From: an uncultured Nitrospirota bacterium
GTDB lineage: Bacteria; Nitrospirota; Nitrospiria; SBBL01; JAADHI01
Length of the DNA: 30,492 nt
NCBI GenBank assembly: GCA_964604255.1
Contig: CAZRYI010000001.1
Coordinates: 1-30,492 of the forward strand
Direction of reading: 5' to 3'
The notes below the pieces were generated by a model. The model made no database searches. It had not been told where the DNA came from and was given only the letters and a program-made list of their open reading frames with translations. The translations under genes were made by a program, and so were the position numbers. Below, in pieces: positions 1-8,784 of the stretch (its first letter is position 1; each line of letters starts with the position of its first letter).

Positions 1-899
1 GAAGGTGTTTTGATGACGACCTTTTCTTTTGTCTCGCGATCCATCGCAAGATAGATTTGCGTCTGCTTGCTGGAATGCAATTCCCGGATAATGCGAAAAC
101 CGTCCAAAACCATCTCTGCGGCAAGCGGCGGCGGAAAGGGCAGTTCGGTTAATTTTTGGTAAAGGTCGGCTTTGTTATGAATGGGCAGTTGTTCGACGAG
201 GACGATTTGAGCGGTGAGGTTGTCGTGGCTCCCGTTTTCTGCGGCGAGACGGACTATCTCGTGAGCAGTTTTTTCAGGATCATTCCCCTTTTGAAGCAGG
301 GCGATTATCTCTTTTCGACTGAGGTATTCGTGTACGCCGTCGGTGAGCAAGAGGTATAAATCTCCTGCTTCGACGGGCAGACTTTTGTAATCAATCTGAA
401 GGTCAACATCAATGCCCATTGCTCTGGCAAGATAGGCTTTGTCTTTGCTCACCACGACTCGGTGGTCGCGAGTGAGACATTCCAGATCACCCCCGCGCAT
501 CCGATAAATCCGAGTGTCGCCGACATGAAGCAGGTGGGCTGTGGCCGATTTGATGATGAGCGCGCTCAGGGTGGTGACCATGCCCTTCGACGAGCCGTAG
601 ACTTCCTGGCCCTGCCCGCAGAGCCAACGGTTGAGCGCCCCCAGGACGACACCTCCCGATTTTTTGACGGTCCAGGATTCAGGTGTGCTGAAATAATCGG
701 ATAAAAACCCCAGAACACAGGCTTCGGCGGCTTCCTTGCCACCATCACTTCCGCTCATACCGTCGGCAATGACGGCGGCAATGCCTTTGTTGGTGAGCAA
801 GGTGCCTTCGGGAATGCGAATGCCGTGGGAATCTTCGTTGCTGGCTTTGAGCCCTGCTTCGCTATGTTGTCCTGTTTTAACTTTGAGCATTGCAGTCAT
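1..899 (-). CDS. Bifunctional PP2C-type phosphatase / Ser-Thr protein kinase (partial, runs off the window start)
   Basis: Absent from the ORF track. Hand translation from ATG 899 is open to base 1: MTAMLKVKTGQHSEAG...NEDSHG...IADGMSGS...DYFSTPESWTVKKS...HVGDTRIY...LTRDH...LLTDGVH...HDNLTAQ (PP2C motifs), then ...FRIIRELHSSKQTQIYLAMDRETKEKVVIKTP (kinase subdomains I-II). Confidence 0.87.
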   Translation of the reverse strand, partial: MTAMLKVKTGQHSEAGLKASNEDSHGIRIPEGTLLTNKGIAAVIADGMSGSDGGKEAAEACVLGFLSDYFSTPESWTVKKSGGVVLGALNRWLCGQGQEVYGSSKGMVTTLSALIIKSATAHLLHVGDTRIYRMRGGDLECLTRDHRVVVSKDKAYLARAMGIDVDLQIDYKSLPVEAGDLYLLLTDGVHEYLSRKEIIALLQKGNDPEKTAHEIVRLAAENGSHDNLTAQIVLVEQLPIHNKADLYQKLTELPFPPPLAAEMVLDGFRIIRELHSSKQTQIYLAMDRETKEKVVIKTP

Positions 900-926
900 G
901 GCCCTACACTCTCACAATGCGCTTAG

Positions 927-2396
927 TTACGCTACTTCGATGATTTGCACTGTGCCGTCCGGTAGCACTTCAGCCATTGTTGCTGACGGTTCTTCCATGA
1001 TGAAAATAACCGATAAAAGGACCAGTACGGCAGAGCCTGCAATCACCATAAAAAAGAGTTCGGGTGTGACGAAGGAGAGAATGGTCAAATAAGCGACTGC
1101 ACCCACGTTGCCATAGGCGCCCGCCATGCCGGCCACTTGTCCGGTGAGACGTCGTTTCACCAGGGGCACGACGGCAAAAATAGCGCCGGTGGCGGAATTG
1201 ACGATGACCGAGCAGGCCATGGTGATCAGGAAGGCTAAGATCAGAGGCCAGCTTGCATTCATTTGGGCCATCAAAAAATAACCGCCGATCAGTCCAACCA
1301 TGTGGTAAATCAAGACCCGTTTTCGACCGTACTTGTCACTGAGCAGTCCCCCTAAAGGCCGGGCAAAAACATTTGTGAAAGCATAAGCCGAGGCGAGCAG
1401 TCCCGCCGCCATCTGGGAAACCTCAAAGGTCTCTAAAAAAAAGAGGGGAAGCATTGAAATGACGGCCAGCTCGGAACCAAAAGCCACCATGTAACTTAGA
1501 TTGAGCACCACGACCTGCTTGAATTGATAGCGTTCGATGGCGGGCACTTCTCCCTCAAAGACATGTTTGTTGATCTGATAGATGCGAAAGGCTTGAAGCA
1601 GGTAGATGCCTGTGAGCAGGGCGTAGATCATCATATTGACTGTCCCGCTTAACATGCCGAGGTTTTCAGGCCCCAGTTTCCAGGCCAGCACCGCAAGGGT
1701 CAAGAGCATCGGAATATTGGTGAGCAAGTAGAGGATGAAATCGCCCTTGCTGGTCACTTCCATCGCACCGCCTTTTTTGGGTTTGAAATAGGTGGAGCCT
1801 TTGGGAGTATCCGTTACTGAAAAATAGTAGATCACACCGTAGATGAGGCAAAGCACTCCGGTGAAAGCGATGGCATAGCGCCAGCCATTTTCACCCCCGA
1901 TGGCCAATGCAAAAGCAGGCAGTGTGATGGCTGCGGCTGCGGCCCCGAAGTTACCCCATCCGCCGTAAATCCCTTCTGCCAGTCCGACCTGTTTTGCGGG
2001 AAACCATTCGCTCACCATGCGAATACCAATGACAAAACCCGCCCCGACAAAACCTAAAAGAAAGCGCATCAGGGCGAGTGTCTGAAAATCGTCAGCCATT
2101 GCAAAACCAAAACAGAGCAAGCTGGAAACAAGCAGCAGGGCCGAGTAGAGACGGCGTGGCCCCAGTGAATCGACCAGCATTCCGATGACGATCCGCGCCG
2201 GTATTGTGAGGGCGACGTTGAGAATCAGCAGTACCTTGATCTGTTGATCGCTCAGATTCAGGCTATCGCGAATGGAGATCAGCAAAGGGGCATGATTGAA
2301 CCAGACATAAAAGCTCAGAAAGAAGGCAAACCAGGTGAGGTGCAGGATGCGCATCTTTCCTTTGAAGGAAAATAGTTTAAATTCGATATCATTCAT
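927..2396 (-). CDS. narK: NarK/NasA/NrtP-family MFS nitrate/nitrite transporter
   Basis: 489 aa with about 12 hydrophobic segments; nitrate-signature-like GAGFVIGIRMVSEWFPAKQVGLAEGIYGGWGNFG; also FARPLGGLLSDKYG and GQVAGMAGAYGNVG; SD-like AAGGA upstream. Confidence 0.92.
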   Translation of the reverse strand: MNDIEFKLFSFKGKMRILHLTWFAFFLSFYVWFNHAPLLISIRDSLNLSDQQIKVLLILNVALTIPARIVIGMLVDSLGPRRLYSALLLVSSLLCFGFAMADDFQTLALMRFLLGFVGAGFVIGIRMVSEWFPAKQVGLAEGIYGGWGNFGAAAAAITLPAFALAIGGENGWRYAIAFTGVLCLIYGVIYYFSVTDTPKGSTYFKPKKGGAMEVTSKGDFILYLLTNIPMLLTLAVLAWKLGPENLGMLSGTVNMMIYALLTGIYLLQAFRIYQINKHVFEGEVPAIERYQFKQVVVLNLSYMVAFGSELAVISMLPLFFLETFEVSQMAAGLLASAYAFTNVFARPLGGLLSDKYGRKRVLIYHMVGLIGGYFLMAQMNASWPLILAFLITMACSVIVNSATGAIFAVVPLVKRRLTGQVAGMAGAYGNVGAVAYLTILSFVTPELFFMVIAGSAVLVLLSVIFIMEEPSATMAEVLPDGTVQIIEVA

Positions 2397-2452
2397 TAGG
2401 GTTGTTCCTTGTTGTTGATCAGGGTAAATCTAAGGCGCATCTGCTCGCTTAT

Positions 2453-2469
2453 AGCAAAATAGGGGCCAA
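2453..2469 (-). promoter_or_regulatory. Sigma54 (-24/-12) promoter of the nitrate transporter operon
   Basis: Minus strand reads TTGGCCCCTATTTTGCT: GG at 2467-2466, 10-nt spacer, GC at 2455-2454; about 55 nt upstream of the ATG at 2396. Confidence 0.75.
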
Positions 2470-2553
2470 CAATGATGTGCGCATTTTTATCGAATAAAAA
2501 CAGTGGTTTAAACCGTGATTTGTGCGATAGACTTCTGAGAGAAATGATGGGCG

Positions 2554-2590
2554 GCACGACAAGTTCTTCTGTCATGCGACAAAATTGTAG
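2554..2590. promoter_or_regulatory. Candidate upstream activator sites for a sigma54 enhancer-binding protein
   Basis: Inverted repeat GCACGACA-N8-TGTCATGC (2554-2577, one mismatch) and CGACAA-AA-TTGTAG (2577-2590). The two CGACAA copies lie about 20 bp apart, roughly 85-120 bp upstream of the -24 element. Confidence 0.45.
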
Positions 2591-2595
2591 GGTTT

Positions 2596-3279
2596 TTATT
2601 CCAGATTATCCAGTAATTCCTGTTTTTGTTTTGTTCTCGCGTTGACCTGATCAATGATGTCTTGTGTTTTTTTCAACATTTCTGCGGGTGTTGTCAGCTC
2701 GCTGGATGCACCTGTTCTTCCTGTGCCGCCAGGGCCGAAATTCAAGATGTTTTTATTCATGTAGGAAAGATACCAGTAATAAGCACCGCAAAACAGGGCG
2801 GTGACAAAAACCATTTTAAAGATGATTTTTTTGAGCAGCCCGCCGCCCAGGTTTTTGAGCAGCCTGGACAGAAAGACAAACAAGATGATGCCGGTAATGA
2901 CATAACCGCTGAGCAGGACGATTTCATCCTTTAAAAACGAAGTGAGTGCGGCTTTTCCTTTTTGTACCTGTTTTTCACCCAGGCTCAGGAGCTGCTCAGG
3001 GTTTTTAACACTTTCCAAGACGCTTGAGACATTGCCCTCGTCCGAGTTGTCATCCGATGTTTTGCCAGACCTGTTGCCCGGCAGTGTGATTTTTTCAACC
3101 TTGTCCATCAATTCTGTCGGCACTGTTGATAAATCTTCCGTAAAAACCAGGGTGCCATTGTGATCCAGATATTTATAAAAATCGGCGGCATGGCCCGAAA
3201 TAAGCCAAATGCCAGTAGGGCCGCCTAGAGTGCCAATGACAAAAACGGTGGTCATGCAAATACGAAGCAAAAAAGACAT
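2596..3279 (-). CDS. Membrane protein with DUF4124-like domain
   Basis: N-terminal signal or TM segment; YKYLDHNGTLVFTED resembles the DUF4124 YxWxDxxGxxHFxD motif; two further TM helices; GAGG SD upstream. Confidence 0.6.
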   Translation of the reverse strand: MSFLLRICMTTVFVIGTLGGPTGIWLISGHAADFYKYLDHNGTLVFTEDLSTVPTELMDKVEKITLPGNRSGKTSDDNSDEGNVSSVLESVKNPEQLLSLGEKQVQKGKAALTSFLKDEIVLLSGYVITGIILFVFLSRLLKNLGGGLLKKIIFKMVFVTALFCGAYYWYLSYMNKNILNFGPGGTGRTGASSELTTPAEMLKKTQDIIDQVNARTKQKQELLDNLE

Positions 3280-3384
3280 AACTACCTCATCGGCGTTTTA
3301 ATTAAAAACTTGAATGACAGGGGCGAGTATCGCCCGATATTGGCAATTTTGATGCAAAGCCAGATCAGGCATATTCACCCAATA

Positions 3385-3393
3385 TGTTATAAT
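3385..3393 (+). promoter_or_regulatory. Extended -10 sigma70 promoter candidate for the pdh operon
   Basis: TGTTATAAT (TGn-TATAAT) about 65 nt upstream of the pdhA ATG; GGAG SD at the expected distance from that ATG. Confidence 0.5.
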
Positions 3394-3457
3394 GGTGTAG
3401 TTCAAATATTATTTCCAGTGAAAATTTCCAGGGATAATCTCAAGGAGATGCTGAGCG

Positions 3458-4573
3458 ATGCCGAAGCGGATTTTGGAGGAATTCAAGGTCGAATGGTTTC
3501 AGCTTTTAGACGAGCAAGGCAGGCTTGACGCATCGCTTCTTTCCCACTTACTGGGCCCCACCGAAAAAATCACACCAAAAGAAATCCAGGCTTTTTACGA
3601 ATCAATGGTGCTGATTCGTGCTTTTGATAAAAAAGCCTTAAAACTTCAGCGAATGGGGCGACTTGGCACCTATCCCGCCATTGAAGGTCAGGAGGCAATA
3701 CAGGTCGGCTGTGCTGCCGCACTCAAGTCTTCAGACTGGTTTTTTCCGGCTTTTAGAGAAACGGGGATTTCTATTTTACGGGGCTTGCCGATGAAAACAC
3801 TCTACCAATATTGGTCGGGTGACGAACGCGGCAACGTCGTGCCTGAAACACAAAATGACTTTCCCGTTTCCATCCCCGTGGGCACACATATTCCTCATGC
3901 GGTGGGTGCAGCCTGGGCGGCAAAATACAAACAAGATAAAATTGCTGTGCTCACGACTTTTGGTGACGGTGCAACTTCCAAGGGCGATTTCCATGAAGGG
4001 CTCAACTTTGCGGGGGTTTTCAGCCTGCCTGTTGTCTTTCTCTGCCAAAACAATCAATGGGCCATTTCCGTTCCGGTCTCCCGTCAAACGGCATCAAAGA
4101 CCCTCGCCCAAAAAGCGATTGCCTATGGTTTTCCCGGCATTCAGGTGGACGGCAACGACGTCATTGCGGTCTATCTTGCGGTAAAAAGGGCGCTTGAATC
4201 TGCAAGACAAGGCAAAGGGCCAACCCTGATTGAATGTCTCACTTATCGGCTGAGCGATCATACGACCGCTGACGATGCTTCCCGGTATCGCTCAGAAGAA
4301 GAAGTGGCACAGTGGCGTTTAAAAGATCCGATGCGCCGTTTAAAAAGCTATTTGGAAAAGAACGACTTTTGGTCGGCAGAACAGGAAGAAGCACTTCAGC
4401 AGGGGGTAGAAGCGCGTATTTCAGCAGCCGTAGAGGACTACGAATCTGCAGGACCGATGGACCCTTTACAAATATTTGACTCACTTTTTGAGAGCCTTCC
4501 AAATGACTTGTTGCCTCAGAGAGCGGCACTTGCACGCCGTATCAAAAAAGAGAAAGAAGAGGCCCCACATTGA
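3458..4573 (+). CDS. pdhA: Pyruvate (2-oxoacid) dehydrogenase E1 alpha subunit
   Basis: GRLGTY...GQEA, TPP-binding GDGATSKGDFHEGLNFA...QNNQWAIS, YRLSDHTTADD; first gene of a three-gene E1a-E1b-E2 cluster. Substrate specificity (pyruvate vs branched-chain) is not provable from sequence. Confidence 0.88.
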   Translation: MPKRILEEFKVEWFQLLDEQGRLDASLLSHLLGPTEKITPKEIQAFYESMVLIRAFDKKALKLQRMGRLGTYPAIEGQEAIQVGCAAALKSSDWFFPAFRETGISILRGLPMKTLYQYWSGDERGNVVPETQNDFPVSIPVGTHIPHAVGAAWAAKYKQDKIAVLTTFGDGATSKGDFHEGLNFAGVFSLPVVFLCQNNQWAISVPVSRQTASKTLAQKAIAYGFPGIQVDGNDVIAVYLAVKRALESARQGKGPTLIECLTYRLSDHTTADDASRYRSEEEVAQWRLKDPMRRLKSYLEKNDFWSAEQEEALQQGVEARISAAVEDYESAGPMDPLQIFDSLFESLPNDLLPQRAALARRIKKEKEEAPH

Positions 4574-5547
4574 ACAAACTCACACTTGTTCAGGCAGTGA
4601 ATCAGGCCCTTTCTTATGAAATGGCCCTGAACGAAAACATGGTGATTCTGGGTGAAGATGTGGGCGCAGATGGCGGTGTTTTTCGTGCAACGGACGGTTT
4701 AATCGACACTTTTGGTGCATCACGGGTGGTGGATACCCCGCTTTCCGAATCGGCCATCATCGGCACGGCCATCGGTATGGCGGCTTATGGTTTGAGGCCG
4801 GTTGCCGAAATTCAGTTCATGGGTTTTCTTTACGGGGCAATGGAACAGTTGGTCTGTCATGCTGCAAGACTACGCAGCCGCACACGAGGCCGTTATACTT
4901 GTCCGCTCGTAGTGCGAGCGCCCTATGGCGGCGGCATCCACGCACCCGAACTGCATTCTGAAAGCACAGAAGCTTTTTTTGTCCATACGCCGGGTTTAAA
5001 GGTCGTGATGCCCTCAACACCGGCGGAAGCCAAGGGTTTATTACTGTCCGCACTGAGAGACCCTGATCCGGTTATTTTTCTGGAACCCTCAAAAATTTAT
5101 CGGGCCATTAAAGAAGAAGTGCCTGACGAAGCCCTGCTCATTCCCTTGGGGCAGGCAAGATTGGTCGCAGAGGGTGACAAGGCGACCCTGATTACCTGGG
5201 GGGCCATGCTGCATCCAACCCTGAAAGCAGCGGCGAGCATGATTGAGCAAGGGGTGCATTGCGACATCATTGATTTAAGAACGCTTTCGCCGCTGGACAG
5301 CGACACGATCATACAATCCATTGAAAAAACCGGACGTGCTGTCATTATTCATGAAGCGGCAAGGAGCTGCGGACTCGGAGCCGAGATTGCTGCTCAAATT
5401 TCAGAGAAAGCCTTGTTATCACTGAAAGCCCCGATTGTCCGTGTGACAGGCTTTGACACGGGCGTGCCCTTACCCAAACTGGAACACTATTATTTCCCGG
5501 ACGAAGCGCAAATCGTCGAAGCCATTCAAGAGGTTGTCCACTTTTAA
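4570..5547 (+). CDS. pdhB: Pyruvate (2-oxoacid) dehydrogenase E1 beta subunit
   Basis: GEDVG..GGVFRATDGL, DTPLSESAIIG, EIQF, GGGIHAPELHSES; TTG start overlaps the pdhA stop. Confidence 0.9.
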   Translation: MNKLTLVQAVNQALSYEMALNENMVILGEDVGADGGVFRATDGLIDTFGASRVVDTPLSESAIIGTAIGMAAYGLRPVAEIQFMGFLYGAMEQLVCHAARLRSRTRGRYTCPLVVRAPYGGGIHAPELHSESTEAFFVHTPGLKVVMPSTPAEAKGLLLSALRDPDPVIFLEPSKIYRAIKEEVPDEALLIPLGQARLVAEGDKATLITWGAMLHPTLKAAASMIEQGVHCDIIDLRTLSPLDSDTIIQSIEKTGRAVIIHEAARSCGLGAEIAAQISEKALLSLKAPIVRVTGFDTGVPLPKLEHYYFPDEAQIVEAIQEVVHF

Positions 5548-5549
5548 AT

Positions 5550-6845
5550 ATGGAAAAAGTCTTTACATTTCCAGATGTCGGCGAAGGCATCGCCGAAGGT
5601 GAGATTGTGGCCTGGCTTGTTCACAAAGGTGATTTCGTCAAAGAAGATCAGCCTGTTATTGAGGTTGAAACGGATAAAGCCCTTGTCAGTTTGCCCTCAC
5701 CCTATACCGGTCAGATTGTGTCTCTGAAGGGAGAGGTCGGTCAAATCATTGAAGTTGGTACCAAGCTGTTTACAGTGGAAACCACGCCAGAGACTTCTCA
5801 AAAAAATGAAGTGCAAAAAAAGAAAGACGGTGGATCGGTTGTCGGCATCTTGCAGGAATCGGAGGAAGAATTTGTGCTTCCGATACAGTCAAAAACAAAA
5901 CAAGTCCCCACCGCTTCAGTCTCCCCAGACCCTTTCTCGGAAAAACGTCCATCAGCGTTTCCTAACAAATCTTCCGCAAAAGTACGGGCCATTCCATCGG
6001 TTCGAGCCTATGCAAAATCGCTGGATATTGATCTAAACACCATTGAAGGCAGCGGCCCCGAGGGTCGTATTTTGCGGGTGGATGTGGAACGATCTCTTGC
6101 AAAAAAGGCCGATGCAGGCCCAAGCGATATCAGAATGCAGGGCCCGGTGGAGCGCATTCCTTTCAGGGGTGTGCGACGGAGCGGGGGCAAGCGGGTGGCG
6201 GAGTCTTCTGAAAAAGTGGCCGCGGTCACCTTTGTGGATGATGCGGATATCACAAAACTCGAAAAGGTGAGGCTCAATAAAAAAGATCTGGCGGAAGAGA
6301 AAGGCTTTAATCTGACCTACCTGCCTTTTATCATCAAGGCCCTGGTTTCCGGTTTAAAAACCTATCCTTTTTTGAATGCCATGCTGGACGAAACAAAGGA
6401 AGAAATCATCCTGAAAAAGTATTACAATGTCGGCATTGCTGTCGATACACCCAAAGGCCTGATGGTGCTAGTAATCAAAGAGGCCGACCAAAAGTCCATC
6501 CTGGACTTGGCTCAGGAAATCTCGGTGCTGACTGAAAAAGCCCTGTCTCGTAGTATCGTGCTTTCGGAATTAAAGGGCAGCACCTTTACACTGACCAACT
6601 ACGGTGTGATTGGCGGCATCTATGGCACACCCATTATCAACTACCCTGAAGTCGGTATTTTAGGATTGGGTAAAATTGCGGATCGGGCCGTCGTTCGCTC
6701 AGGAGAAATTGTCATCAGAAAAATCCTGCCGCTCTCACTCACCTTTGATCATCGAGTGATTTACGGCGCAGAGGCCGCCCGATTTATGAATACCGTCATT
6801 GAACATCTGGAAGATCCTGATTTAATGTTGATTGAAGGAAAGTAG
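5550..6845 (+). CDS. pdhC: Dihydrolipoamide acyltransferase E2 (one lipoyl domain)
   Basis: Lipoyl EVETDKA, E3-binding domain PSVRAYAKSLDIDL...GSGPEGRI, catalytic domain TPIINYPEVGILG and FDHRVIYG. Confidence 0.9.
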   Translation: MEKVFTFPDVGEGIAEGEIVAWLVHKGDFVKEDQPVIEVETDKALVSLPSPYTGQIVSLKGEVGQIIEVGTKLFTVETTPETSQKNEVQKKKDGGSVVGILQESEEEFVLPIQSKTKQVPTASVSPDPFSEKRPSAFPNKSSAKVRAIPSVRAYAKSLDIDLNTIEGSGPEGRILRVDVERSLAKKADAGPSDIRMQGPVERIPFRGVRRSGGKRVAESSEKVAAVTFVDDADITKLEKVRLNKKDLAEEKGFNLTYLPFIIKALVSGLKTYPFLNAMLDETKEEIILKKYYNVGIAVDTPKGLMVLVIKEADQKSILDLAQEISVLTEKALSRSIVLSELKGSTFTLTNYGVIGGIYGTPIINYPEVGILGLGKIADRAVVRSGEIVIRKILPLSLTFDHRVIYGAEAARFMNTVIEHLEDPDLMLIEGK

Positions 6846-6879
6846 TCGTTTTGCTGCCCATCTTGAGAGTCGCGTATTC

Positions 6880-8763
6880 ATGGTTTTATTAGCCCTGGAT
6901 TTATTTAATATCCCGCCATTCGGACGATCCAAAAGAATCTCTTTTGCGCCGGGACTGAACTGTGTTGTCGGGCCAAACGGCTCCGGCAAAACAAGGATCT
7001 ACCAGATCCTTTCTTCCATCCTTTTTAATACCGAAGCTTTATTTGACAATGAATTGGCTCAGGTCGCCTTGACCCTTCGTACCCCTCAGGCAGATATTTT
7101 TCGCATTGCGCGCTTTTATCAAAAGCAGGCCTGGGATCTCTCCCGCATGACAGCCGAAACAAAAAAATTTACCACCATCGAAACCGATCAGGCACTTATC
7201 CAAGGCTGGTTCCGTAAAGAAGCGGGTGGTCTTGCCGATAAAGATCGTCACCTGCTTTTTTTGCTGGATCAATTTCGCCTGCCCTCACAAGTGCTGCAAT
7301 CGGGAAGCGACGCCGTACTGCCAGTGCCCCACTTTAATTCAGATGAAATGCAGGCCTCGCTCGATCTAAAAAAAGACCCTCTTTTTAGTCCTCAGAAAAA
7401 GGAGGAGACACAAAGCCTTAACCCAGAAACAGAAATAGAATTGGCGCTCAAAGTGGCGGAAGCAAAACTTGAGGCGATGGAGGAGGAGAGCGATTCACTG
7501 CTTCAAAAACAGGATCAAATCGCTTCGCTTAAAAAGCGGGTGGCACAATATCAGGAAATTGAACTGAAACTAAGCCAAATAGAAGAAACAGAGGCAAAAA
7601 AATATGCCCTCTTTGCCTCACAAAAACCGCTTGAAGCGACCCTGATTCAAGACTACGAAGCAAGTGAGAAATTGCTTGCGCAGACACTTGCAGAAATCGA
7701 CGAAGCGCGGGAAAATCTTCAGTCTGATCTCGACATGATCATTGAAGTCCCTCTTGCAAAAGACCGCCTGATTTTAGCTGGCTTGGGCCTGTTTGTATTT
7801 TCCTTCTTGCTGCCCTTTATTGTGACTTTGGCTGGATCACTGCGTTACCTTTTTTTAGCCGGTGTCGTGATTGGCAGCGGACTTGCCGCTTTTGCATATT
7901 ACAAACGAATGCGTCGTGCTGCCGTCAAAAAGACACTGCGTCGCAAGCAGGCAGCATTGGAACAAAAAGCGCAAGATGCAAAAAATCGCTTTGAAACGGA
8001 GCATAAAACGCTTGTCGATTTCATGCAGATGCTGTGTGTTGAAAATCTTGCCGAGCTCAAAAAAATACTATCGGCTCACGCAAATCTTCTGAAAAAGAAA
8101 ACTTCGGTACAATCTGAAAAAGAACATTTTTTGAAGAAGCAGTCGATTGAAGAAATGAATGTAGTGCTCAGTGGATTGGAAAAAGACGCCGCTGCCTTAG
8201 AGGAAAAACTTGTATCGCTGGGGTCAGTTTCTCAAGAGGTTTATCGGCTTCGGGAGGAAATCAGGGAAGGCGATGCCTCTGATGATCCCTTGGAAGATAG
8301 CATTCTGCCGCTTTCAGGTTTTGCTGCACCGAACGAAGCGGTCAATCTGAGTTTTTTTTCAACACTGCTTGCCATCGCAAAAAGCGCTGGTGGGCGGCCC
8401 GACCGCCAGCGCCTTCAGCAGAATGCCGGTCAGGTCTTTCGCTACTTTCAATCGGGAACAGCCGAAACCATTCACCTTGAAGAAAATGGTGAAGTTTTTG
8501 TGGGTAAAACGCCTCTCAACCGTCTCAGTGCGGGCATTGCCGATCAGGTCTTTTTTTCTCTGGTGCTGTCCTCGCTGGAGCAGTTTAAAGAAGTGCCGAT
8601 GCCATTTTTGCTGGATGATCCTTTTGCGCGTTTTGATGCCCGTTCAAAATTGCTCGCCGGGAAAATCCTCCAGGAAATTTCAAAAAAACGTCAGGTCATT
8701 CTCTTCACCGCCGATGCCCTCTCCTCCTGCAACACCGCCCGCTTTGTCAACCTCGACAGTTAA
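6880..8763 (+). CDS. SMC/Rad50-like ATPase with central transmembrane hairpin (SbcE/YhaN-like)
   Basis: Walker A GPNGSGKT, coiled coils flanking two hydrophobic helices, signature LSAG, Walker B/D-loop LLDDPFARFD. Start moved to ATG 6880 because the track start 6832 lies inside pdhC. Confidence 0.72.
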   Translation: MVLLALDLFNIPPFGRSKRISFAPGLNCVVGPNGSGKTRIYQILSSILFNTEALFDNELAQVALTLRTPQADIFRIARFYQKQAWDLSRMTAETKKFTTIETDQALIQGWFRKEAGGLADKDRHLLFLLDQFRLPSQVLQSGSDAVLPVPHFNSDEMQASLDLKKDPLFSPQKKEETQSLNPETEIELALKVAEAKLEAMEEESDSLLQKQDQIASLKKRVAQYQEIELKLSQIEETEAKKYALFASQKPLEATLIQDYEASEKLLAQTLAEIDEARENLQSDLDMIIEVPLAKDRLILAGLGLFVFSFLLPFIVTLAGSLRYLFLAGVVIGSGLAAFAYYKRMRRAAVKKTLRRKQAALEQKAQDAKNRFETEHKTLVDFMQMLCVENLAELKKILSAHANLLKKKTSVQSEKEHFLKKQSIEEMNVVLSGLEKDAAALEEKLVSLGSVSQEVYRLREEIREGDASDDPLEDSILPLSGFAAPNEAVNLSFFSTLLAIAKSAGGRPDRQRLQQNAGQVFRYFQSGTAETIHLEENGEVFVGKTPLNRLSAGIADQVFFSLVLSSLEQFKEVPMPFLLDDPFARFDARSKLLAGKILQEISKKRQVILFTADALSSCNTARFVNLDS

Positions 8764-8784
8764 GAACCCACAAGAGCCGCTTCC

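Noticed and set aside
156-1092. Short track ORFs at the window start (156-359, 462-704, 566-748, 736-1092)
   Set aside because: All overlap the open minus-strand phosphatase-kinase frame or narK, which explain the sequence better.
3296-3335. Palindromes TTTTAATTAAAA and GGGCGA-gta-TCGCCC in the divergent DUF4124/pdhA spacer
   Set aside because: They are short and match no operator I recognise, including the PdhR box; they could arise by chance.
3341-3356. TGGCAATTTTGATGCA, a GG-N10-GC match upstream of pdhA
   Set aside because: The -12 element is imperfect (GATGC), no enhancer repeats were found, and an extended -10 sigma70 site lies closer to the gene. Possible but not supported enough to call.
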